Part shown: one piece after another, positions 13,014 through 21,030 of the stretch
Position numbering within the stretch: the first letter of the stretch is position 1
How the letters are laid out: each line of letters starts with the position of its first letter
NCBI GenBank assembly: GCA_022646745.1
Contig: CP060262.1
Location: 2,430,001 to 2,462,000, forward strand
DNA length: 32,000 nucleotides
Direction: 5' to 3'
DNA from: Planctomycetales bacterium
Lineage (GTDB): Bacteria > 4484-113 > JAFGCY01
Position numbers and translations under genes: made by a program
The notes under the pieces: model-generated
The model's input: only the letters and a program-made list of their open reading frames with translations
Databases searched by the model: none
What the model was told of the DNA's origin: nothing

Positions 13014-15359
13014 TTACCGCTTCAGGTTCACGATCTCGTTGAGGATCTCATCCTGGGTGGTGAACACCCGGCTGTTGGCCTGCAGTCCGCGCTGGGTGAT
13101 GATCATGTTGGTGAATTCCTGGGCCAGGTCCACATTGGACTGCTCGAGGAATCCGTTGAACACCACGCCGCTGCCGCCGCTGCCCGGACGCAGCTGCACC
13201 GGGCTGCCCGAGTTGGTCGTCGGAATGAATGCCGTGTCACCGGCGCGCTCGAGGCCCTCCGGGTTGCTGAAGGTTGCCAGGCTGAGCTGGGCGATCGGGC
13301 GGCGCTGACCATTGTCGTAGAAGGCGATCAGCGTACCGGTCTGGTCCGCCTCGAAGTCGGTCAGCACGCCCATCGGGTAGCCGTCCTGCTCTCGCGCGGC
13401 GGTCGTGCTGGTGGAGGCGAACTGGGTGATGCCGTTGATCGCCTTGCCATTGCCATCGAAGGTCAGGTCAACGCTGGTCGGCTGTGCGCCGGGGGCGGTG
13501 AAGCTGAAGGCGTCGATCGGGTTGCCGCTGGTGATCAGGCCGCTCTCTCCGAAGCTGATGCGGCCGGTGGTGTTCAGCAGCTCGATGTTCGGCTCCTCCG
13601 GCATCGAGATCTCGTAGTCCCACTCGTTCTCATTGACATGGGTGAAGGTCGTCACCATGTTGTGCGGGTTGCCCAGCGAGTCATAGACGATGCGGCTGGT
13701 GCTGTGCATGAATGCGTCCTCGGTGCCGAAGGTGGCGACGCCGGGCATCAGCTCGTCGATGCTGATGTTCACACCGGGCATCAGCGGCATGTCCGGGCTG
13801 CTGCCCTCGATGCTGTTCTGCACATTGGCCAGCGAGCTGGCGGTGTAGAATGTCGGCGACCAGGCTGCCGGAGCCGTGCTGCGGTCGTAGCCCCAGTCCT
13901 CGAAGTAGCGCACCAGCTCCGGGCCTCCGTTGTCAGGGGTGAACACCAGTTCGGCACGGGCATTCTCGCCGTTGTCAATGATGCCCGCATCAGCGCCGAG
14001 CGCGCCGATGCCCCAGTCGGTGAAGGTGTTGAAACCGTAGCGGGCGGCCAGTCCGGGCGTCGCCGTGCCATCGATGAAGATATCGGCCTCGGCGGCATCC
14101 ACCGGTGCACCGGCCGGCTGGCGCTGCTCACCGGCATAGTTCTGGATGAGGCTGATTGTGCCGTTCGGGTTGGCAATCGCAGTCACCTGGATGTTGGCGG
14201 TGTTGTTGATCGCATTGGCGACGAGGATCGCGTTCTGCTCGGCGGTGTCGGTCAGGCCGGCACTGGAGGTCAGCGTGACCGTCACTCCGTTGACGACGAA
14301 GCTGTCACCGGCCAGCGGGCGGTTCACACCGACACCCATCGGCACGGAGGTGGTCTCGGTGGCCGCCTTGGCGTCCGTCACGGTTACGGTGTTGGTGCCC
14401 ACGAGGAAGCTGCCGGGCTCCTCCGGTGCCTCATACAGGTTGACAAGCATTCCGCTGGAGGCCGGGTCGCTCACGGCAGTGATGTCGATGCTCGTGCCGC
14501 CGTTGCGGCTCTGCAGTACGACCTGGAATTCTCCGTTGACCTCGCGCACGGTGGCCTGCACCTGCAGGCTGGCCACGGGGTCGATGTTGATTGCATCAGC
14601 CACCATGTTCGCGGCTTCCTCGAAGTCCGCTGCGGCGCTGGTGTCATAGGTCACGGTGTTGCCGTTGATGTCTATCGTTTCCGGCCCGGCACTGAGTGCG
14701 GTGACCGTGTCACCGACGGCGATCGCCCAGGGCTCGGCGGCTCCGGCGACCGTCAGGATGCCGGTTGAGCCGAAGCTGGCGGTTTCGTTGTCAGCGCTGC
14801 CGTAGCGGAAGCTCGAGCTGTCCAGGTTGCTGGCGTAGTTGAGCATCGTGGTGGCCCGTGCACTGAGCTTCTGGCCGAAGTTGATCACGATGTCACTGAT
14901 CTTCGAGCCGGGGTCGATCTTCGAACCGTCCTCGTTGAGTTGGGTATAGCCCTGGATGCGCCAGCCGTTGTTGGCGACGAGGCGGCCGTCGCGGTCGACG
15001 TTGAAGTCGCCGGCGCGGGTGTACATCTGTGAGCTGCCGTCGGACAGGGTGAAGAAACCGCTGCCGTTGATTGCGAAGTCCGTCGGACGCGCGGTGTTCT
15101 CCAGCGCGCTCTGCTGCATCAGGTTGTGGATGGCTGCGATCTGCATGCCGAGGCCGACCTGCTTGGGGTTGATGCCGCCGAAGTTGGAGGTCGGTGCGCT
15201 GGCACCGCGCAGGGTCTGGCTCAGCACGTCCGAGAAGATCACGTTGGAGCCCTTGAAGCCCGTGGTGTTGACGTTGGCGATGTTGTTGGCAATTGCGTCG
15301 ATGCGCAACTGGTGGTTACGGAGACCGCTTGCCGCGGTGAAGAAGGCACTACCTGCCAT
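13014..15359 (-). CDS. flgE: flagellar hook protein FlgE (enlarged, 781 aa)
   Basis: N-terminus: FFTAASGLRNHQLRIDAIANNIANVNTTGFK. C-terminus: GFLEQSNVDLAQEFTNMIITQRGLQANSRVFTTQDEILNEIVNL. These are the canonical flagellar rod/hook terminal domains. GGAGGA lies 9 nt upstream of the ATG. Confidence 0.93.
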   Translation of the reverse strand: MAGSAFFTAASGLRNHQLRIDAIANNIANVNTTGFKGSNVIFSDVLSQTLRGASAPTSNFGGINPKQVGLGMQIAAIHNLMQQSALENTARPTDFAINGSGFFTLSDGSSQMYTRAGDFNVDRDGRLVANNGWRIQGYTQLNEDGSKIDPGSKISDIVINFGQKLSARATTMLNYASNLDSSSFRYGSADNETASFGSTGILTVAGAAEPWAIAVGDTVTALSAGPETIDINGNTVTYDTSAAADFEEAANMVADAINIDPVASLQVQATVREVNGEFQVVLQSRNGGTSIDITAVSDPASSGMLVNLYEAPEEPGSFLVGTNTVTVTDAKAATETTSVPMGVGVNRPLAGDSFVVNGVTVTLTSSAGLTDTAEQNAILVANAINNTANIQVTAIANPNGTISLIQNYAGEQRQPAGAPVDAAEADIFIDGTATPGLAARYGFNTFTDWGIGALGADAGIIDNGENARAELVFTPDNGGPELVRYFEDWGYDRSTAPAAWSPTFYTASSLANVQNSIEGSSPDMPLMPGVNISIDELMPGVATFGTEDAFMHSTSRIVYDSLGNPHNMVTTFTHVNENEWDYEISMPEEPNIELLNTTGRISFGESGLITSGNPIDAFSFTAPGAQPTSVDLTFDGNGKAINGITQFASTSTTAAREQDGYPMGVLTDFEADQTGTLIAFYDNGQRRPIAQLSLATFSNPEGLERAGDTAFIPTTNSGSPVQLRPGSGGSGVVFNGFLEQSNVDLAQEFTNMIITQRGLQANSRVFTTQDEILNEIVNLKR

Positions 15360-15368
15360 TTGACGATT

Positions 15369-15395
15369 CCTCCATGATATGTGAGTGCATGGAGG
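15369..15395 (-). promoter_or_regulatory. hairpin sequestering the flgE Shine-Dalgarno sequence
   Basis: mRNA: CCUCCAUG-cacucacauau-CAUGGAGG. This is a perfect 8-bp stem whose 3' arm contains the flgE SD (GGAGG). It lies in an unusually long (131 nt) GC-rich spacer that holds two further hairpins, at 15401-15421 and 15433-15448. Confidence 0.45.
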
Positions 15396-15490
15396 AGCGG
15401 CCCGCCGCGGACGGCGGCGGGTCCATGAGCTTCCATCCCGGGGGATGGTCCGGCTCTCCGCTCCTTGTGGTGGCCCCTGCCGGGGTCTTC

Positions 15491-15889
15491 CTACCGCGTT
15501 CCCTGCAGGAACACGGCGCTGTCAACATTCGTGATCACGCCCTCGCGCATGGCGCCACGGTCCATTGCCGTGATCACCGTGCGTGACGGTATGTTGACAA
15601 CCAGTGCATATTCATCCGCCATCAGCAGGCTGTCCCGTGAGCCCTTGGAGGCTGCCCGCCTGACGGCGTCCTCGATCTCACTCATCTCCCGGTTGCCCAG
15701 TTCGATCCCGCGGCTGCTGATCCGCTTCAGCGCATGCGCGCTGAACTTCACACCACCCTCGCTCCTGAGCGATTCGTCCAGGGACTGCCGGAAGGACACA
15801 TCCGGAAGTTCCTGCCTGCGGGCTGCAGGCCCTGCCTGCTGCCCTGTTGCCACCGGGCGGATCTGGCCCGGCAATAGTCCCTCAACCAT
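15491..15889 (-). CDS. small flagellar operon protein (TIGR02530-like), located between flgD and flgE
   Basis: VKFSAHALKRISSRGIELGNREMSEIEDAVRRAASKGSRDSLLMADEYALVVNIPSRTVITAMD matches my memory of the family found between flgD and flgE in Firmicutes and Spirochaetes. The position fits that family. GAGGAG lies upstream of the ATG. Confidence 0.6.
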   Translation of the reverse strand: MVEGLLPGQIRPVATGQQAGPAARRQELPDVSFRQSLDESLRSEGGVKFSAHALKRISSRGIELGNREMSEIEDAVRRAASKGSRDSLLMADEYALVVNIPSRTVITAMDRGAMREGVITNVDSAVFLQGTR

Positions 15890-15915
15890 CCTGCTCTCCT
15901 CTGCAATCCATCCAC

Positions 15916-16365
15916 TTACTCCGCTTCACGCACCGAGATCACCTGTCCCGGCAGCAGCAGCTTGTCTCCCACAAGCAGCATCGGCACTCCCTGGAGCACT
16001 TCCACGCTGTCCGCGTGGCCCTCAATCAGATCACCGTTGGCATCCACGCCCTCGATTGTCTTGCCCAGCAGCGCAGTGGCCTCACCCAGCCCGCCGCTGG
16101 TGGACTGGTCCTCGATCAGGCCCTTGATGTCCAGCAGGGCCTGCAGGCTGTTCATCGTCGCCAGCTGCTGGGTGAATTGCGCACCATCCGCCGGGTTGAG
16201 CGGGTCCTGGTGGCGCAGCTGCTCCATCATCAGGCGCATGAAGTCCTGGCCGCTGTCGGTGGTCTCCGGACTGGCGATCACCGGGTTCTCCGGGTCCGGC
16301 AGGTTGACAACCCGCTGGTTGACCCCGTTTGACATGTTTGACGGAAGCGTCTTGAGAATCTCCAT
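15916..16365 (-). CDS. flgD: flagellar hook assembly/capping protein FlgD
   Basis: DFMRLMMEQLRHQDPLNPADGAQFTQQLATMNSLQAL is the FlgD N-terminal signature. I place the start at ATG 16365 (GGGAG lies 6 nt upstream) rather than the ORF-track 16431, which would overlap fliK. Confidence 0.85.
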   Translation of the reverse strand: MEILKTLPSNMSNGVNQRVVNLPDPENPVIASPETTDSGQDFMRLMMEQLRHQDPLNPADGAQFTQQLATMNSLQALLDIKGLIEDQSTSGGLGEATALLGKTIEGVDANGDLIEGHADSVEVLQGVPMLLVGDKLLLPGQVISVREAE

Positions 16366-16381
16366 CACATCTCCCTTGTTG

Positions 16382-18532
16382 TCAGCCGGCAGCCTGCTGC
16401 TGCCCGGCTCCGCCACTGATGTCCAGCACACGCATGTCCACCACGCTCAGGCCATCCTCTTCGAGGCTGTCCCTGAGGGCGTCGAGGCTCCTCTGCAGCT
16501 GGTCACGCTGGCCGCGGTTGAGCACCGCCACCTGCATCGCCACGTTGTCACCGCGCACCGCGATGTTCACGATCATCCGCCCGAGTTCCTTCGGGTAGAG
16601 GTCAAGCTTGAGGTTGTACAGGCCGTTGCCGGCATTGCGGAACTCACTCACCTTGTCCATCAGCTGCTGGCGGATCTCATCCAGCGCATAGCCGCTCACG
16701 TCAGTGCCGACCTGCGGCGTGCTGAACTGCAGCAGGCGTTGCGGCACGTCCTGTCCGACCTGCGGATGGGCCGCCAGCTGCGGTCCTCCGCCGGGCTGGA
16801 TGCTGTCAACCGGATGCAGCGGTGCATGCCCACGGCCTGCAGCGGTCACACCGGTCTCCGACTCGGGGATGGACTGGCCACGATCCCGCCTGCTGATCAC
16901 GGATGACAGCAGGGAATCCGGCCTGGCAGCCTTGCCCTCATCCGGCAGGATGCTGTCAACGACATCACTTTCCGGAATCACCACGCTTCGGCCAGTATTC
17001 TCCGCAGGCTCATGCGCTGCTTCCGTGGGTGGAGCAGGCCTGCCGGCCGGTGAAGTCGAACGGACGGGGCTGTTGCCGGTAGGTGGGTTGTCAGCCTCAG
17101 GGACTGATTCACCACGCTGCATCGGCTGGCCTTCAGGCCTGGCAACGGAGCGATCCGGGCTGACGACGGCGGCCTGCTTCTCTCCCGAGAGCACGCGCTC
17201 CATCGCCTCACTGATGCGTTGCATCTCCTGCCCGCTGTACAGCCTGTCAGGCCCGGTGCTGCTCATCTCCATGCTGACAGTCACCGGGGTGCTGCCACCC
17301 TGCGGATCACTGATCGTCACATCGAAACGGCTGGCCGGTTCAAGTGCCGTACTGCGCACCGCACTGACCGCCAGCTTGAGCGGTGTGGCCTGCGGCAGTT
17401 CGATATCTGCTTCAAACAGGTCGCCAACCGGGGCCGCAAACTGATCTGGCCCTTGCGGAGCCAGCTGGGTGATCGTCTCCGGGGACTGCAAGCGCAGGCC
17501 TGCCTGTGGCATTGCCAGCTGGGCAAGCGGTTTCAGCTCAGCCGTGTGCAGATCAGGCCTGCCCGCCGCCTGGCTGTTGAACCAGTCGACGGAAGGGCTC
17601 TTGGCTGTGTGCGTGGTGCCAAGCAGCGGCGCTGCAATGGCCTCCCGCGTCACTGCCCGGGTTCCACCCGCAGGCTCGTCCGGCAGGCTTGCGCCATTGC
17701 CGAATTCAATCATTGCATCCGGCTGCTGGGGACTGAGCTGCTTCTCGGGGGAACCGGAGTATTCAATCACCGGGGCCGGCTGTGCCGGGCCAGTGGCGAC
17801 TTCTTCCAGCTTGAGTTGGCCCTTGCCACCCGCCGGGTTCAGCTCGGCAAACAGCTGCTGCATCACCTGGCGTACCAGCGGGGCCAGCAGGGCAGGGGTT
17901 GCCTTATGCACAACTGCCTGGGCAACCTTCGGCGGCTTGGTTTCCTGCGCCTCTCCAGCAGGGGAGGGCTGGGATTCGGCCGGCTTGCCATGCTCGCCAG
18001 CATCCGGTTTGCCGCTGGCCAGTTGCAGCAGGCTGGCAATCAGCTGCTGGAGCTGCTGGCCCTCATCCGCTTCATCACTATCTGCGTAGGCAAGTGGAGC
18101 ACCTGCCTCCAGCGGCACGGTTTCCTCTGTGGAACCGTCGACGCTGACGCTTGCAGGCTGTGGCTGTTTTGCTTCGGACTTGCTGCTGGCGAGTTCCGCC
18201 ACGGCCTGGCGGATGCGCGCTGCCAGTTTCCCGGCCAGCTGCTCCGCCCCGCCTGCGCTGTCAACCGCGAGGTTGACGATCTCGGCCAGCAGGCCCTGCA
18301 TCACGGCCTGCGGGTCGTAGCCTTCCGCAGCTGCCGCCGCCGGCATTGCCAATCCCTCCGGTTCATCCCCTCCCGCCCCCGCAATCGTGGGCAAGGTCCA
18401 GAGATGTTCGCCGAGCATCAGCGAAAACGCTGTGCCATCCGGCGGGGCTCCCCGTGGGACCGCCGCGGCTGCCTGTGGCATCCCGGCCAGTCCCTGCTCG
18501 CCAACGGGCAGCATCATTGCCAGTTGGTTCAT
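16382..18532 (-). CDS. fliK: flagellar hook-length control protein FliK (long, 716 aa)
   Basis: The body is Pro/Ala/Gln-rich and low-complexity. The C-terminal region LKLDLYPKELGRMIVNIAVRGDNVAMQVAVLNRGQRDQLQRSLDALRDSLEEDGLSV has the Flg_hook-domain pattern. The position before flgD fits. AAGGAGG lies 7 nt upstream of the ATG. Confidence 0.75.
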   Translation of the reverse strand: MNQLAMMLPVGEQGLAGMPQAAAAVPRGAPPDGTAFSLMLGEHLWTLPTIAGAGGDEPEGLAMPAAAAAEGYDPQAVMQGLLAEIVNLAVDSAGGAEQLAGKLAARIRQAVAELASSKSEAKQPQPASVSVDGSTEETVPLEAGAPLAYADSDEADEGQQLQQLIASLLQLASGKPDAGEHGKPAESQPSPAGEAQETKPPKVAQAVVHKATPALLAPLVRQVMQQLFAELNPAGGKGQLKLEEVATGPAQPAPVIEYSGSPEKQLSPQQPDAMIEFGNGASLPDEPAGGTRAVTREAIAAPLLGTTHTAKSPSVDWFNSQAAGRPDLHTAELKPLAQLAMPQAGLRLQSPETITQLAPQGPDQFAAPVGDLFEADIELPQATPLKLAVSAVRSTALEPASRFDVTISDPQGGSTPVTVSMEMSSTGPDRLYSGQEMQRISEAMERVLSGEKQAAVVSPDRSVARPEGQPMQRGESVPEADNPPTGNSPVRSTSPAGRPAPPTEAAHEPAENTGRSVVIPESDVVDSILPDEGKAARPDSLLSSVISRRDRGQSIPESETGVTAAGRGHAPLHPVDSIQPGGGPQLAAHPQVGQDVPQRLLQFSTPQVGTDVSGYALDEIRQQLMDKVSEFRNAGNGLYNLKLDLYPKELGRMIVNIAVRGDNVAMQVAVLNRGQRDQLQRSLDALRDSLEEDGLSVVDMRVLDISGGAGQQQAAG

Positions 18533-18576
18533 CAGTGCACCTCCTTACAGTGCGGTCTCTTGCGCGTCATTTGGCG

Positions 18577-19419
18577 CTAGTCGTCAAGGGTGAAGTCCGA
18601 GATCACGGGGATCACGGAGTTGTCACTTCCATCAATATCGGCCCGGTACTGCGGGAATTGAGCGAGGAAGGCCGCATGTTCCTCCGGGCTGAGCATGAAG
18701 TCCGGCAGAGTTGCCATGCCGCTGTCCGCCGTCGGCTGGACGGAGGGATCAATGCCGGGCTCGGCCGGGTCAGGCGTTGCCAGTGATTCATTCACCTGGT
18801 CCAGGATGCTTTCACCGGGGGGCAGCAGGGCCTGCGCATCATCCATCTGCAAGAGGATGTTGATCCAGTTGGCGGCATCTTCGGGTTTTGCAAATTCGAG
18901 GATGTGGGCCAGTTCCCGCTTCTTCTGGCATGAGAGCACCAGCGTTGCATCATTGTCATTGAGCGCGCTGATCCGCTCCGCAGCCAGCATCGGGTCCATC
19001 CTGCCGAGCGCCTTGCAGATCAGCTGGCGGGTGCGCCCGTCGATGCGGGTTGCGCCTTCCGGATCGACAACTGCGGCAACATCCATTGCAGATTCATCTG
19101 CGGCAGCTGCCTCATCAGGTGATGCCGGGTCAGCGCTTTCATCCACGCCCAGTTCGACCGGCTTGGCCAGCAGCAGAGGGGATTCATTCTTAGCGGCCTT
19201 CTTCGCCGGCTTGCCCGCAGGAAGCATAGCGCTGAGTTCGATGTCGCCAGCCTGGATTCCTGCCAGCAGGGACACCAGCGCGAAGATGGCCAGAGCCAGC
19301 ATCAGGCTGAGCCTGGTGAAGCCGCGACGCCTGAAGCGCTTCCCCAGAAAAGCAGGATCCCGCTGGGACGGAAAAATTCCGGCCAGGCGGGATCTTGAGT
19401 TCGTAAGTTTGCTAGTCAC
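18577..19419 (-). CDS. MotE/YlxF/FlbB-like flagellar protein (single TM segment plus MgtE_N-like helical domain)
   Basis: A basic N-terminus precedes a TM segment (LSLMLALAIFALVSLLAGI). The region LGRMDPMLAAERISALNDNDATLVLSCQKKRELAHILEFAKPEDAANWI resembles the MgtE_N-like repeat of YlxF/MotE proteins, which precede fliK in fla operons. The GTG start sits right at the predicted sigma-28 transcription start. Confidence 0.5.
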   Translation of the reverse strand: MTSKLTNSRSRLAGIFPSQRDPAFLGKRFRRRGFTRLSLMLALAIFALVSLLAGIQAGDIELSAMLPAGKPAKKAAKNESPLLLAKPVELGVDESADPASPDEAAAADESAMDVAAVVDPEGATRIDGRTRQLICKALGRMDPMLAAERISALNDNDATLVLSCQKKRELAHILEFAKPEDAANWINILLQMDDAQALLPPGESILDQVNESLATPDPAEPGIDPSVQPTADSGMATLPDFMLSPEEHAAFLAQFPQYRADIDGSDNSVIPVISDFTLDD

Positions 19420-19427
19420 TGCGGATT

Positions 19428-19454
19428 AGATCGGCAGTGAGCGGGCTGACTTTA
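19428..19454 (-). promoter_or_regulatory. sigma-28 (FliA)-type promoter
   Basis: Minus strand reads TAAAGTCA-N11-GCCGATCT, that is TAAA-N15-GCCGATCT. The consensus is TAAA-N15-GCCGATAA. It lies in the 43-nt gap upstream of the MotE-like gene. Confidence 0.55.
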
Positions 19455-19462
19455 TTAAGAGC

Positions 19463-19846
19463 CTAGTTCTTCTTCTCGGGCATCTTGACGGTCAGGTCGA
19501 TGGTCTCGGTCTTGCCAATGCCAAGCCTGACGTTGGTGTCGTTGCCGGAGGTGATCTCCATCTTCTCGGTGCCCATTACCCAGACCTCAAGGTTGTAGGT
19601 GCCGGCCTTGAGCTCGTTGATGAAGTATCCGCCTTCGTTGTTCGTGGTCTGGCGGGTGACTTCGGCACCGGTTTCAGCATCCACCACGGCGACTGAGGTG
19701 TAGCCCATCGGGACACCCTTGTCATCGATCACCTGTCCGGCGATTGCGCCGGTGATCTGCTCGAGCTTGTCGCAGGAGAAGAGCTGGCCGCTGATTGACA
19801 GGGCTGCGAGAAGCAGTACCAGCTTGAGAAGAGTTGCTTTCATCAT
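19463..19846 (-). CDS. small lipoprotein with a carboxypeptidase-regulatory-like (transthyretin-like) beta-sandwich domain
   Basis: Signal peptide plus Cys (GQLFSC). GQVIDDKGVPMGYTSVAVVD...NEGGYFINELKAGTYNLEV fits the CarboxypepD_reg pattern (G-x-V-x-D...G-x-Y-x-x-x-L-x-x-G-x-Y). Confidence 0.55.
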   Translation of the reverse strand: MMKATLLKLVLLLAALSISGQLFSCDKLEQITGAIAGQVIDDKGVPMGYTSVAVVDAETGAEVTRQTTNNEGGYFINELKAGTYNLEVWVMGTEKMEITSGNDTNVRLGIGKTETIDLTVKMPEKKN

Positions 19847-19857
19847 TTCCTCCGGGG

Positions 19858-20901
19858 TCAGTCCCTGAAGACCAGCTTCGACTTCCCTGAACCCTGCACC
19901 AGCCTGCCGATCACCCGCGGGCTGTGTTCCGCGCAGATCTCCATGGCAGGCCCGGCTGATTCAGGGGACACAAGCAGTGCAAAGCCGATCCCCATATTGA
20001 ATACGTGCCACATCTCATCCGTGGAGATGTTTCCGTGGCTCTGAATTATATCAAATACGGGCAAAATGGAGATCGCCGAGCGGTCCACCTCCACATCCAG
20101 CCCATCGGGTACCACACGAGGCACATTGTCCTGCAGCCCGCCGCCGCTGATATGGGCCGCAGCCTGCAGCAGGCCGGCATTGAAGCAGCGGCCGACGGCG
20201 TTTGCATAGCAGACCGTCGGCTGCAGCAGGGCATGCGCCAGGGAGGAGTCGAGGTCTTCGTTGTAGCTGGTCCACTGGTCGTGGTTCAGTTCGCTGAAGG
20301 CGGCGCGCACGAGCGAGAAGCCGTTGCAGTGCACGCCGTTTGATTCAAGTCCGATCAGCACACTGCCTTCACGGCAGCCGGATCCGTCCAGCATGCGGCT
20401 CCTGTCCACCAGGCCGACGGCGAAGCCAGCAAGGTCGAAGTCGCCGGGCTTGTAGACATCGCGCATCTCGGCGATCTCGCCGCCGATCAGCGCGCAGCCG
20501 ATCTCCCGGCAGGCGGCGGCGATGCCCTTGCCGACCATCTGGTGGATCTGCTCCGGCACCACCTTGTTGATGCCGAGGTAGTCGAGGAAGTACAGCGGTC
20601 GGGCGCCGCTCACGATGATGTCGTTCACCACGCAGCCCACCACATCGCGGCCGGCGTTTTCCCATGTGCCGAAGCGGCTGTGGACGATGGTCTTGGTGCC
20701 CAGGCTGTCCGTGCTGTTCACGAGCACGGGATTGCTGATGCCGGTGAGGTCGGGGGCGAAGGCCGCCCCGAAGGCCCCGACGCCTGCCACAACCTCCGGC
20801 CCATGGGTGGATTCCACATCCTGGCGGAAGGCCGCGATTGCTTCATCCTGCGCTTCAATGCTTACGCCACTGGCCTGGTAGTCGAGGGTGTTCTCACTCA
20901 T
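19858..20901 (-). CDS. purM: phosphoribosylformylglycinamidine cyclo-ligase (AIR synthetase) PurM
   Basis: YQASGVSIEAQDEAI...GAFGAAF...PVLVNSTDSLGTKT...VVNDIIVSGARPLYFLDYL...ALIGGEIAEM is collinear with E. coli PurM. I place the start at ATG 20901; the ORF-track start at 20952 lies upstream of the predicted promoter. Confidence 0.92.
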   Translation of the reverse strand: MSENTLDYQASGVSIEAQDEAIAAFRQDVESTHGPEVVAGVGAFGAAFAPDLTGISNPVLVNSTDSLGTKTIVHSRFGTWENAGRDVVGCVVNDIIVSGARPLYFLDYLGINKVVPEQIHQMVGKGIAAACREIGCALIGGEIAEMRDVYKPGDFDLAGFAVGLVDRSRMLDGSGCREGSVLIGLESNGVHCNGFSLVRAAFSELNHDQWTSYNEDLDSSLAHALLQPTVCYANAVGRCFNAGLLQAAAHISGGGLQDNVPRVVPDGLDVEVDRSAISILPVFDIIQSHGNISTDEMWHVFNMGIGFALLVSPESAGPAMEICAEHSPRVIGRLVQGSGKSKLVFRD

Positions 20902-20942
20902 GCTGGGGTCCCTTGGGAGCTGGGATGTTTCAAGGCGTGCAG

Positions 20943-20951
20943 ATTTTAACA
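20943..20951 (-). promoter_or_regulatory. putative extended -10 promoter of purM
   Basis: Minus strand reads TGtTAAAAT (pattern TGnTATAAT), about 40 nt upstream of the purM ATG. No good -35. Confidence 0.3.
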
Positions 20952-21030
20952 CTGCTTTTGGCGCTATACTTTCTCGGTATCAGCAGCGGGTGTGCACGGG
21001 TATGGCCTGCTGCAGTCATCTGGAGGACCC

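Noticed and set aside
13638-14768. 376-aa + ORF inside flgE, and 17219..18580 (453 aa) and 16704..17444 inside fliK
   Set aside because: These are antisense to confidently identified flagellar genes. The translations are Gly/Arg/His/Val-rich and low-complexity with no motif, as expected for the reverse frame of GC-rich genes.
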